Shown: one piece after another, positions 1-8,493 of the stretch
How positions within the stretch are numbered: position 1 is the stretch's first letter
How the letters are laid out: each line of letters begins with the position of its first letter
Assembly (NCBI GenBank): GCA_902776395.1
Contig: CACYQC010000001.1
Span: forward strand, 1,419 to 65,418
Length of the DNA: 64,000 nt
From: an uncultured Lachnospiraceae bacterium
Lineage (GTDB): Bacteria; Bacillota; Clostridia; Lachnospirales; Lachnospiraceae
Direction of reading: 5' to 3'
The notes under the pieces: generated by a model
Databases searched by the model: none
What the model saw: only the letters and a program-made list of their open reading frames with translations
Told to the model about the DNA's origin: nothing
Position numbers and translations under genes: made by a program

Positions 1-1
1 T

Positions 2-157
2 CTTATTAATTCTACCAGGAAATACGATGATCTGGGTGACTGGTTATATCTCAAGCTAATGATCAAGAATGCAGGAACGCTTTTAAAGGCAGCTATGGGA
101 GACAAAACCGGAATGGATAAAATGCTAGATGAAATGTTTTACGAATATAATGGGTAA
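2..157 (+). CDS. 3' end of a CDS entering from the left of the window, function unknown
   Basis: Open frame LINSTRKYDDLGDWLYLKLM...MFYEYNG* ends at TAA 155-157 and is followed by a terminator. Confidence 0.55.
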   Translation, partial: LINSTRKYDDLGDWLYLKLMIKNAGTLLKAAMGDKTGMDKMLDEMFYEYNG

Positions 158-167
158 TAATATGCTT

Positions 168-192
168 GACCCGGCCGTTTGGGCCGGGTTTA
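168..192 (+). terminator. Intrinsic terminator
   Basis: ACCCGGCC-gtttg-GGCCGGGT followed by T-run. Confidence 0.75.
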
Positions 193-195
193 TTA

Positions 196-215
196 TACCC
201 ACAAAAAAGTGGGTA
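196..215. promoter_or_regulatory. Palindromic operator, probably for the HxlR-family regulator at 840
   Basis: TACCCAC-aaaaaa-GTGGGTA upstream of the cysteine hydrolase/HxlR pair. Confidence 0.55.
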
Positions 216-300
216 ATGTTCAATTCCTGGAAACTGCGATATTCTTTCGGTATAAAAACAGAAGAAGAATTTGTAAGTCATTTACAGGAGGAGAACTAAG

Positions 301-828
301 ATGAAAAAAGAAGCATTACTACTGATTGATATCCAGGATATTTATTTCACACCAGGTCCTATGCTTCTACATAAACCAAGGTGTGCAGCCAAGAATGCGG
401 TGCGGATTCTGGAGAAGTTCAGATCTGAGGGTAAGACAGTAATTCATGTCCAGCATAACTTTAAGGTTTTATCCGGAATTCATAGTCTTGTGAAACCGAT
501 AGAAGGTGAGAAGATAATTCATAAGGAATACCCGAGTTCATTTCTAGGAACTGAGCTTTGCGAGTATTTGCAGGAAAATGAGATAACAGATTTAGTTGTA
601 GCTGGAATGATGTCCCACATGTGTGTAGATACTACAGTTAGAGCTTGTCAGGATTATGGATATAATGTTACTTTAATAGATGATGCTTGTACTACTATGT
701 CGCTTAAACATGATGGGAAAAAGATAGATGCTGAGACGGTACATGCTGTATATATGGCATCGCTTGCTGACGGATTCGCAAATGTAATTAAAACGGAGAA
801 ATACTTATCGGATATTAGGAAAAAATAG
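301..828 (+). CDS. Isochorismatase-family cysteine hydrolase
   Basis: ALLLIDIQ, K..PSSF and GMMSHMCVDTT motifs; RBS aggagg. Confidence 0.9.
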   Translation: MKKEALLLIDIQDIYFTPGPMLLHKPRCAAKNAVRILEKFRSEGKTVIHVQHNFKVLSGIHSLVKPIEGEKIIHKEYPSSFLGTELCEYLQENEITDLVVAGMMSHMCVDTTVRACQDYGYNVTLIDDACTTMSLKHDGKKIDAETVHAVYMASLADGFANVIKTEKYLSDIRKK

Positions 829-839
829 GATGGAAAACT

Positions 840-1274
840 ATGAAAATAAGGGATGACTATACCTGTCCGCTTGAAATAGTTCATGACATTATAAAAGGTA
901 AATGGAAAACAATAATCTTATATCAGATGAAGGACGGTCCAAAGGGACTTGCTGAACTTGAGCGAGAGATAGAAGGCATTACGCAGAAGATGCTTCTCGA
1001 ACAGCTTAAGGAACTTATTGAATTCGGTCTTGTGGAGAAGAAGTCTTTCAATGGATATCCCCTTCGCGTCGAGTATTCGATAACCGAGAGGCGTGGACGA
1101 AAGATGATTGAGGCCATAGATATTATGCAGATGGTAGGAGTGGATTATATGATCGAAAATGGAATGACAGACGCACTTATTAATAAGGGGATATTATCTG
1201 AAAATGAATTATGCAGGTTAGTGAAGGAAGCGGCTGAAGGAAATGATCCGTTGGTAGATATAAAGGGAGAATAG
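840..1274 (+). CDS. HxlR-family winged-helix transcriptional regulator
   Basis: CPLE...IKGKWK...GITQKMLLEQLKEL...PLRVEYSIT. Confidence 0.9.
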   Translation: MKIRDDYTCPLEIVHDIIKGKWKTIILYQMKDGPKGLAELEREIEGITQKMLLEQLKELIEFGLVEKKSFNGYPLRVEYSITERRGRKMIEAIDIMQMVGVDYMIENGMTDALINKGILSENELCRLVKEAAEGNDPLVDIKGE

Positions 1275-1280
1275 ACGGAA

Positions 1281-1790
1281 ATGCCAGATAAGAAAGCATT
1301 TATAATTATTGATCTTCAGAAAGATTATCTGTGGGACAAGAGAAAAGATATGTTCACTTATGACACAGAAAAGCTTGTGGGAAATGTAAATAGAGCCATA
1401 GCTTCTTATAAGGAAAAAGGCTACGATATCATTTACATCAAGCACATTTTGCCTAAGGTGATGTGGGGAGTTGGCTTTTCGATTAAGGGAACTGAAGGAG
1501 CAGAGCTTTACGAAGGACTGGATATAGTTTCAGACCTATGTTTTGAAAAGAACCGTTCTGACTCCTACACTTCAAAATCCTTTAGAGAACATATGGAGAG
1601 GACAGGATACAGTGAGGTTGTACTCTCTGGACTTGATGAGTGCGGCTGTGTGGGTGCAACTGCAAAGGGTGCGGTTAGGACTGGAATAAAGGTTAAAATG
1701 CTGGGAGAATGTATCGGCAGCAGATTTCCAGAGGGGAAAGTCCAGAACATGAGACAGCAGTTAACAGCATTAGGAGTAGAATACTTATGA
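1281..1790 (+). CDS. Isochorismatase-family cysteine hydrolase
   Basis: IIIDLQKD, EKNRSDSY and GLDECGCVGATA motifs. Confidence 0.85.
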   Translation: MPDKKAFIIIDLQKDYLWDKRKDMFTYDTEKLVGNVNRAIASYKEKGYDIIYIKHILPKVMWGVGFSIKGTEGAELYEGLDIVSDLCFEKNRSDSYTSKSFREHMERTGYSEVVLSGLDECGCVGATAKGAVRTGIKVKMLGECIGSRFPEGKVQNMRQQLTALGVEYL

Positions 1791-1837
1791 GAATGCTGAA
1801 TATAACAGTTGAAACAATAGAGTAGATATAAAATGTG

Positions 1838-1866
1838 TTGACAGATTAATAAAAGGAGAGTAACCT
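1838..1866 (+). promoter_or_regulatory. Sigma-A-type promoter
   Basis: TTGACA-17 bp-TAACCT. Confidence 0.6.
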
Positions 1867-1901
1867 AAGAACATCATTTTAAAACTAAGGAGTTTTATTA
1901 C

Positions 1902-2012
1902 ATGCGTAGATTTGTTCCCGCAACTTCACATCAGTGGATGAGATCATCTCTAGTCAGACTAGTGAATGGTCTTAATTTGATATGTGAAAGTTCAGGAATT
2001 AGAAAAGTGTAA
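1902..2012 (+). CDS. Putative 36-aa leader peptide (MRRFVPATSHQWMRSSLVRLVNGLNLICESSGIRKV), not in the ORF track
   Basis: RBS aaggag at 1887-1892, lies between the promoter and a terminator hairpin upstream of the GNAT genes. Confidence 0.45.
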   Translation: MRRFVPATSHQWMRSSLVRLVNGLNLICESSGIRKV

Positions 2013-2044
2013 TATACGATATATTTTTTTATATTAGTATTTTC

Positions 2045-2078
2045 AAACCACCTATCTAATTCGGATAGGTGGTTTTTT
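2045..2078 (+). terminator. Intrinsic terminator/attenuator hairpin, copy 1 of an identical 32-bp sequence
   Basis: AAACCACCTATC-taattcg-GATAGGTGGTTT plus T-run; same 32 bp at 12819-12850. Confidence 0.75.
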
Positions 2079-2100
2079 GATTACAAAGGAGAAAATGAAT

Positions 2101-2598
2101 ATGATACTACGAGCATATAAGAAAGAAGATTCACCCATAATTGCCACATGGCTTAGAACAGAGGAAGAGCTATATAAATGGTCAGCTGACAGATTTAATA
2201 AATTTCCTCTTGAAGAAAATGATATAGAAGAAAATTATGCTCCGCAGATTGAATCCGGAAGATTCTTCCCGCTCACAGCAGAGGATGAAGAGGGAAATGT
2301 TATAGGACATTTTATTATAAGATACCCAAGAGAAGATGATGACAGCAGTGTTAGATTCGGATTTGTAATAGTTGATCCTAAGTTTCGTGGAAAAGGCTAT
2401 GGAAAAGAGATGCTTATTCTGGGAGTAGAGTATGTGAAAGACAATTTAAGTGTAAATAGGATCGACCTTGGAGTATTCGAGAATAATGAAAGTGCAAAGC
2501 ACTGCTACGAAGCAGTGGGTTTCAAAGAGTATAATATAAGGGACTGTGAACTGCCAATAGGAAACTGGAAATGTATAGATATGGAGATGTATGTATAG
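2101..2598 (+). CDS. GNAT-family (RimJ/RimL-like) N-acetyltransferase
   Basis: VDPKFRGKGYG acetyl-CoA motif, NESAKHCYEAVGF; start moved to the ATG after RBS aaggag. Confidence 0.85.
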   Translation: MILRAYKKEDSPIIATWLRTEEELYKWSADRFNKFPLEENDIEENYAPQIESGRFFPLTAEDEEGNVIGHFIIRYPREDDDSSVRFGFVIVDPKFRGKGYGKEMLILGVEYVKDNLSVNRIDLGVFENNESAKHCYEAVGFKEYNIRDCELPIGNWKCIDMEMYV

Positions 2599-2616
2599 AT
2601 AAGGAGCAGCATATAA

Positions 2617-3075
2617 ATGAGTAAAGATTTTGATATAAGACTGATAAATATAGAGGACTATGATGAGATATACGCTTTATGGAATGCTACGGAGCAGAGC
2701 CGAAGGGCACTAAATCCTGTGGATGATTCTCGGGAAGGGATTGATAGATACTTGAAGCGTAATCCCAATACCTGCTTTGCAGCTGTGTCAGACGAAAAAA
2801 TAATTGGAGTAATCCTTACAGGCCATGATGGACGCCGTGCCATAGTTCATCACCTATGTGTGCATCCGGATTTTCGTAGGATGGGTATAGCGGAGAGTCT
2901 TGTTTCCGCTGCAGAGAAAGCGCTAAAGGAAGAAGGAATTCAAAAAATCTTTGGACTGGTATTTAAGGATAATGATCCCGCAAATTCATTTTGGGAAAGT
3001 CAGGGATATACACTTAGGACAAATCTTAACTATCGAAACAAGAGTCTGAATGATGAAATCCCGGCAGGAGAATGA
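2617..3075 (+). CDS. GNAT-family acetyltransferase (YpeA-like)
   Basis: GHDGRR, VHPDFRRMGIA, N..ANSFWESQGY. Confidence 0.88.
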   Translation: MSKDFDIRLINIEDYDEIYALWNATEQSRRALNPVDDSREGIDRYLKRNPNTCFAAVSDEKIIGVILTGHDGRRAIVHHLCVHPDFRRMGIAESLVSAAEKALKEEGIQKIFGLVFKDNDPANSFWESQGYTLRTNLNYRNKSLNDEIPAGE

Positions 3076-3114
3076 AAATAGGCTGAATAAATTCAAGAAT
3101 GGAGGATTAAGAAT

Positions 3115-3903
3115 ATGATTATAAAAGATATAGATAAGGGAAAAGCTTTTGACTGGGGAAAAACCTCGAAGGATTATGCGAAGTATAGAGATATATACCC
3201 ACAGGAGTTCTACGATTATATTCTAAATCTCGGACTTTGCAAGGATGGTCAGAAAGTTCTGGATATTGGAACAGGAACTGGTGTGCTTCCAAGAAATATG
3301 TATAAGTATGGAGCTTCCTGGGTTGGAACTGATATAGCTGAGAATCAGATTGAGCAGGCTAAAGTCCTTGCTACTGAAGCAGGAATGAATATCGAATTCT
3401 TTGCAGCAAAAGCGGAGGATGTATCATTTCCTGATAATACATTTGATGTTATTACAGCATGCCAGTGTATCTGGTATCTGAAACATGAAGTGACAGCGCC
3501 TCAGTTTGCAAAGATGTTAAAACCGGGCGGACATTTCCTGATTCTCTATATGGGATGGCTTCCTTTCGAGGATGAGATAGCAGGTAAGAGTGAAGAGATC
3601 ATTCTAAAATATAATCCAACCTGGAATGGCTGCGGTGATACAGTTCATCCTGTCTGGGTACCGGATGAATATTTGGCTACATTTGATCTTGTATCACAGA
3701 ATGAGTTCAGAGTCGACGTTCCATTTACGAGAGATTCATGGCATGGCAGAATACGTGCATGCAGAGGTGTTGGAGCTTCCCTTTCAGAAGCAGATATTGA
3801 AGCCTGGGATAAGGAACATATGCAGATGATGATGGAAAATGCACCGGAGAACTTTACGGTGAAGCATTATGTATCAATTGCAGATTTGAAGGTGAAAGAA
3901 TAA
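3115..3903 (+). CDS. Class I SAM-dependent methyltransferase
   Basis: VLDIGTGTG, FDVITACQC, LKPGG motifs. Confidence 0.9.
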   Translation: MIIKDIDKGKAFDWGKTSKDYAKYRDIYPQEFYDYILNLGLCKDGQKVLDIGTGTGVLPRNMYKYGASWVGTDIAENQIEQAKVLATEAGMNIEFFAAKAEDVSFPDNTFDVITACQCIWYLKHEVTAPQFAKMLKPGGHFLILYMGWLPFEDEIAGKSEEIILKYNPTWNGCGDTVHPVWVPDEYLATFDLVSQNEFRVDVPFTRDSWHGRIRACRGVGASLSEADIEAWDKEHMQMMMENAPENFTVKHYVSIADLKVKE

Positions 3904-3947
3904 CGAGTAGAATAGAAATCGGTTATGATCTTAAAAGGAAATTTGAT

Positions 3948-4050
3948 TTTAGGGAACTTTTTGCGGTGAAAACAATCTGGAAAGTTCCCTAAAGTTTACT
4001 TGAAATTTAGGGAACTTTTGTGTAGAATTTAATTACAAATGTTCCCTAAA
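3948..4050 (+). promoter_or_regulatory. Promoter with four TTTAGGGAAC operator-like boxes in alternating orientation
   Basis: Boxes at 3948, 3981 (inverted), 4006 and 4041 (inverted); TTGAAA 4000-4005, 17 bp, TAGAAT 4023-4028. Confidence 0.7.
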
Positions 4051-4065
4051 GGAGGGCGCGTGGAA

Positions 4066-5016
4066 ATGGAAAATAAATTAAGTATTATACAGCAGTTGCT
4101 GCAGGAACGGGCTGATTATATGGCTCGTCTTAACCTAATACCGTATGATGGTTCACCGGAGATTAAGGAAAATAGTAGTGGAAAGTATTTATATATTAGA
4201 AAAAGAGTTAATGGTAAATTAACTTCTACATATGTAGATAAGTATTCCGAGGAGTTATATCAGTTATTGCTCCGAAATGTAAAAGAGGCAAGAGAGTTAA
4301 AGAAACAAATTAGACGAATTGATAAAGAACTGGCGATAAATGGTTATGTTGAAGGGGAACTATCTCAAGATGTAATCATTAATCTTGATTTTGCAAGGGC
4401 AAATATGAAGTCGAACATATATGATCAGGCAGTTCTTGAAGGCGTTGCAACTACATTTCCGCAAACTGAAGAAATCCTAGAAAACGGAACAGTTAGCGGA
4501 ATGACCGCAGATGATGTACAGAAAATATTGAACTTGAAACATGCATGGGAGTTTATTCTTGACAAGGACGTAATTCAGGCGGAAAGCAATTATTATCTGT
4601 TGTGTCATATAGCAAAGTTGGTCAATGAGGGATTCTTTTATGATGGTGGAAGAATCCGCGGTGTGCCTGTAACAATTGGTGGAACTAAATATGTGCCTCC
4701 AATTCCGCAGGAGTTACAAGTAAAAGAGTGTATTGATAAGATTATAAATTCAAATAAAGAGAAAATAGATATTGCTATTGAGCTTTGTATGTATTGTATG
4801 AGAACTCAAATATTTATCGATGGAAATAAGCGCGCTTCGGTTATATTTGCTAATCACTATATGATAGCGCACGGTCTTGGACTAATAGTTATTCCTGAAG
4901 CTCAAGTTCCGGAGTTTAAAAAGAAACTGGTTAAGTATTATGAAAAATCGGATATCAAAGAGGTAAATAAGTTTTTAAAAGATAAATGTTGGAGAAAGAT
5001 AAAAAAGGAGCTTTAA
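4066..5016 (+). CDS. Fic/Doc-family protein with N-terminal putative DNA-binding domain
   Basis: QIFIDGNKR variant of the Fic motif; GRIRGVPVTIGG flap; RBS ggagg 4051-4055 supports the 4066 start. Confidence 0.8.
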   Translation: MENKLSIIQQLLQERADYMARLNLIPYDGSPEIKENSSGKYLYIRKRVNGKLTSTYVDKYSEELYQLLLRNVKEARELKKQIRRIDKELAINGYVEGELSQDVIINLDFARANMKSNIYDQAVLEGVATTFPQTEEILENGTVSGMTADDVQKILNLKHAWEFILDKDVIQAESNYYLLCHIAKLVNEGFFYDGGRIRGVPVTIGGTKYVPPIPQELQVKECIDKIINSNKEKIDIAIELCMYCMRTQIFIDGNKRASVIFANHYMIAHGLGLIVIPEAQVPEFKKKLVKYYEKSDIKEVNKFLKDKCWRKIKKEL

Positions 5017-5023
5017 ATAAAAA

Positions 5024-5665
5024 ATGGAATTATTAGTTCAACAAACAAAAAAAGACCTGTATTCAGCTGAGTTCAATATCTATGATAAATCTACAAATAA
5101 TCTTTTAGGCCAGATTTGGTTTACCGGAAGCATGGGTTCAATACATGGAAGATTTGTAATAAGATATCTGAATACCGAGTTTTATATGGATCATGTGAGT
5201 GAAGATATAATAAAGAGTGCGGAAGGATCGTTTATAAAGCAATCTGTATTTAAGCCTTATCAGATTTCGGGAAATTATAATGGTTATATCTGGAATGACG
5301 AGGAAAAAATCTCTGCATTTAAATCTTTGGGTCATAGAATGCTTCGATTACAAGGCAACAGTTACTATACATATACCGCAGGATTTGGTGATAAAGGCAC
5401 ATGTTCTCCTATATATTATAACGACGACCTATATATTGGTGAGATAAGAAAAGAATGTAAGGTATTGGATGATCTACATATATTTGATGTTGGCGTCTCT
5501 GATGAGAGTGTGATTCCGGCGCTGATAAATGTATGTCATAAATGGGTCGTGGGCTTTTATAAACCGGGTGAGATTTTTAAGGGTTGGAATACAAAAAAAT
5601 ATAAAAGCCTTATGAATGAGGAGATACAGAAAGTCAGGAATCCATATTATATAGGTGGGAGGTGA
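5024..5665 (+). CDS. Hypothetical protein
   Basis: 213-aa ORF packed between neighbours; no motif recognised. Confidence 0.6.
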   Translation: MELLVQQTKKDLYSAEFNIYDKSTNNLLGQIWFTGSMGSIHGRFVIRYLNTEFYMDHVSEDIIKSAEGSFIKQSVFKPYQISGNYNGYIWNDEEKISAFKSLGHRMLRLQGNSYYTYTAGFGDKGTCSPIYYNDDLYIGEIRKECKVLDDLHIFDVGVSDESVIPALINVCHKWVVGFYKPGEIFKGWNTKKYKSLMNEEIQKVRNPYYIGGR

Positions 5666-5669
5666 GTTC

Positions 5670-6236
5670 ATGAAGTTACTATTTATAAATGCCTGTGTCA
5701 GGGACGAATCAAGAACCAGGATACTTGCTGACAAACTATTACTTAAGATAAATGAAGCTTATGATGAGATATGCCTTAAGGATATCCAGTTTCCGGTAGT
5801 AGATGAAGGGTTTCTACATGAGAGGGATAGGCTAGCTTATGGAAATGAGTTTGATAATCCGATGTTCAAACTGGCCAATCAGTTTGCTGATGCAGAAGAA
5901 ATAGTGATAGCAGCGCCATATTGGGATCTATCATTTCCGGCGGCGTTGAAGCAATACTTAGAACAGGTTAATGTGGTTGGCATTACATTTAAATACACAG
6001 AAGAAGGAGTCCCTGTAGGACTATGTAAGGCAAAAAGGCTTTGGGTGGTTTCTACGGCTGGAGGCTTCTATGCGCCGGAAGAATATGGATTTGGATATAT
6101 AAAAGCCTTGGCAGAAAGCTATTATGGCATTAAAGATGTAAGGCATATAAAAGCATTAGGGCTTGATATAGTCGGGGCTGACGTGGAAAAGATCTTAACA
6201 GATGCTGAAAATGAAATAATGGATATGGATATTTAG
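5670..6236 (+). CDS. FMN-dependent NAD(P)H oxidoreductase, azoreductase/flavodoxin-2 family
   Basis: LFINACVR..SRT, AAPYWDLSFPAALKQYLE, TFKYTEEG.PVGL. Confidence 0.85.
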   Translation: MKLLFINACVRDESRTRILADKLLLKINEAYDEICLKDIQFPVVDEGFLHERDRLAYGNEFDNPMFKLANQFADAEEIVIAAPYWDLSFPAALKQYLEQVNVVGITFKYTEEGVPVGLCKAKRLWVVSTAGGFYAPEEYGFGYIKALAESYYGIKDVRHIKALGLDIVGADVEKILTDAENEIMDMDI

Positions 6237-6300
6237 TCCTCGGAAAAACGTTGCAAAACCTTCGGAGGTATAGTAAGCAAGCAAATAGAAGTTAAGAGGA

Positions 6301-6915
6301 ATGGCTATGAAAATCTATGTTGATTTTGATGATTGTATCTGTGAAACGGCAAGGAATTTCTCTACTCTTGCAGTAGAAATGTTTGATATCCATGTGCCAT
6401 ATGAGAAAATTAAATACTTCGATTTGGATAAATCCTTTAATTTGAGTGATGAGCAGTTTGATCAGTTTATGATAAGGGGACATGAGCCGGAAGTACTTTT
6501 ATCGTACGATGAAACACCGGGAGCATCGAGCGTTATAAATGAATGGATTTCATGCGGACATGATGTATCAATTATAACCGGTCGTCCCTTTAGTGTATAT
6601 GAACCATCCCGACAGTGGTTGGATAATCACGGGCTAAAAAATGTCAGATTATACTGCTTAAATAAGTACGGTCGTGACAGTTTCATTTACAGTGATTATA
6701 GTCTTGAGCTGGAAGATTATTACAAGATGAAGTTTGATTTTGCAGTTGAAGATTCACCTAAAGCATTTAGATTTTTTGATCATCTTCCTGATTTAAAGGT
6801 TTTGGTTTATGACAGGCCCTGGAACAGGGATACAGAGTTTAAGAATGACAATTATATCAGGTGTTTAGACTGGAACCAAATACAGGAAATCGTTCGTAAA
6901 CATCAGGACATTTAA
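6301..6915 (+). CDS. HAD-superfamily 5'(3')-nucleotidase-like (NT5C) protein
   Basis: YVDFDDCI, IITGR, VEDSP, RPWN motifs. Confidence 0.7.
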   Translation: MAMKIYVDFDDCICETARNFSTLAVEMFDIHVPYEKIKYFDLDKSFNLSDEQFDQFMIRGHEPEVLLSYDETPGASSVINEWISCGHDVSIITGRPFSVYEPSRQWLDNHGLKNVRLYCLNKYGRDSFIYSDYSLELEDYYKMKFDFAVEDSPKAFRFFDHLPDLKVLVYDRPWNRDTEFKNDNYIRCLDWNQIQEIVRKHQDI

Positions 6916-6998
6916 ATGAAACTCTACTTTCCGTAGGTGTTTTTTACAGAGCTTATGTTCTAAAATCTGTGATAGTAACATTCACGGAGGTAAGAAAT

Positions 6999-7670
6999 AT
7001 GAATCAATACGTAACAGGTGCGGTAATAAAGGAACTGCGTGAAAAGAACACAATGACTCAACAGGTTCTTGCGGATAAACTTGGGGTCAGCGCCAAGACA
7101 GTATCAAAATGGGAAACTGGAAAGGGCTTTCCCGACATAACCTTGCTTGAACCAATCGCAGAAGCATTTGGAATATCGGTTACAGAACTCATATCAGGGA
7201 ATACTGTTATTAATGCTAATGTATCTGCGAATATGCTACGTTCTAAATTCTATGTGTGTCCGGTATGTGGAAATGTAATTCACAGCATGGGGGAGTCCGT
7301 AATCAGTTGTCATGGAATCCAGCTTACTCCACTTGAAGCAGAACCTACAGATGAAAATCATATGATCTTTATAGAGCGGGTAGAAGATGAGTATTACGCA
7401 AGGATTGAACACAGCATGTCGAAAGCGCATTACATTTCATTTGTTGCAGCAGTGACATCAAATGATATCCAACTGGTTAAGCTATATCCGGAAGGAAATG
7501 CAGAGGCGCGATTTAAAATCAGAGGAGTAAAGAAGATTTTCTTCTATTGCAACCATGATGGTTTATACTACATCGATGTAGTAAAAGGCATAGATGACAA
7601 AGAAAGCAGCTATGATAATTACAAAGAGAGAAAAGAATTAGAAGAAGCTGCAAAGCGACTTTTTGGTTAA
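6999..7670 (+). CDS. XRE-family HTH regulator fused to a desulfoferrodoxin-like domain
   Basis: TQQVLADKLGVSAKTVSKWETG; FYVCPVCGN...SCHG; H.M...HYI; YCNHDGL. Confidence 0.85.
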   Translation: MNQYVTGAVIKELREKNTMTQQVLADKLGVSAKTVSKWETGKGFPDITLLEPIAEAFGISVTELISGNTVINANVSANMLRSKFYVCPVCGNVIHSMGESVISCHGIQLTPLEAEPTDENHMIFIERVEDEYYARIEHSMSKAHYISFVAAVTSNDIQLVKLYPEGNAEARFKIRGVKKIFFYCNHDGLYYIDVVKGIDDKESSYDNYKERKELEEAAKRLFG

Positions 7671-7693
7671 ATAAGAAATATTTTGATTGTGTC

Positions 7694-7731
7694 AGCCTGT
7701 ATGGAATCTAAGGATTCTATACAGGCTTTTT
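7694..7731 (+). terminator. Intrinsic terminator
   Basis: AGCCTGTATGGAATC-taag-GATTCTATACAGGCT plus T-run. Confidence 0.8.
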
Positions 7732-7767
7732 GTTGCCTTTGTTATATAGGTTTTCTAACCTTTGCTA

Positions 7768-7815
7768 TTGACAAAGAATATTACATATGATAAAAATGAA
7801 ACAAGTTTCATTTTT
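7768..7815 (+). promoter_or_regulatory. Promoter with palindromic TetR-type operator
   Basis: TTGACA at 7768; AAAAATGAAAC-aa-GTTTCATTTTT at 7792-7815. Confidence 0.65.
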
Positions 7816-7830
7816 ATATGGAGGACAGAA

Positions 7831-8493
7831 ATGCCAAAGGTATCGGAAGAATATTTTGAAAAAAAGAAGCAGGCTATAGTCGATGCTGCATACAGAGTTT
7901 GCCTTAGAAAGCCAGTCGAGATGATTACGATGATGGATGTTATAGAGGAGACCGGTTTATCACAGGGAGGAATCTATAGATTCTATAAAGATTTGGATGA
8001 AATCCTAAGTGATGTTATTGCTGGAATGAGGAAAAACGTAAGCATAGTTGATGAAGTGGAGCAGCTCTTTAATGCAAAGGAAGAGCTCGGCTTTGAAGAT
8101 GGAGTACATAAGATCTTTGATATTCTGGCGGATGTGATGGAGAAGCATCTGATGGATATTCAGAAGATTAATTTTGATCTTACTGTTCTTGCAATCAATG
8201 AGCCTGAAAGGGCGGAAAAGATAATCGGAGGTATAAAAGGACAGAGTAGTTTAGGCTATCTTTCTACTGTGGCACTTCCTAACCTCTTTAAGGAAAGCAA
8301 GAAAAGAAAGTATAAACTCAGGGATAAACCAGAGAATATAGCAAGTTTTATTTCAGCTGCTTATACGGGAATAGAAATGAACTGTATTCTATCAGCTTGC
8401 TACAGAGCTCCAATGGGAGCGCAGTGTAAGCCGAGATCACTTTTTGATACGCTTGCAAAAACTATCATCTATTTATGCGGAGGTGAAGAATAA
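7831..8493 (+). CDS. TetR/AcrR-family regulator
   Basis: ITMMDVIEETGLSQGGIYRFY HTH; start MPKVSEEY after RBS ggagg. Confidence 0.9.
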   Translation: MPKVSEEYFEKKKQAIVDAAYRVCLRKPVEMITMMDVIEETGLSQGGIYRFYKDLDEILSDVIAGMRKNVSIVDEVEQLFNAKEELGFEDGVHKIFDILADVMEKHLMDIQKINFDLTVLAINEPERAEKIIGGIKGQSSLGYLSTVALPNLFKESKKRKYKLRDKPENIASFISAAYTGIEMNCILSACYRAPMGAQCKPRSLFDTLAKTIIYLCGGEE

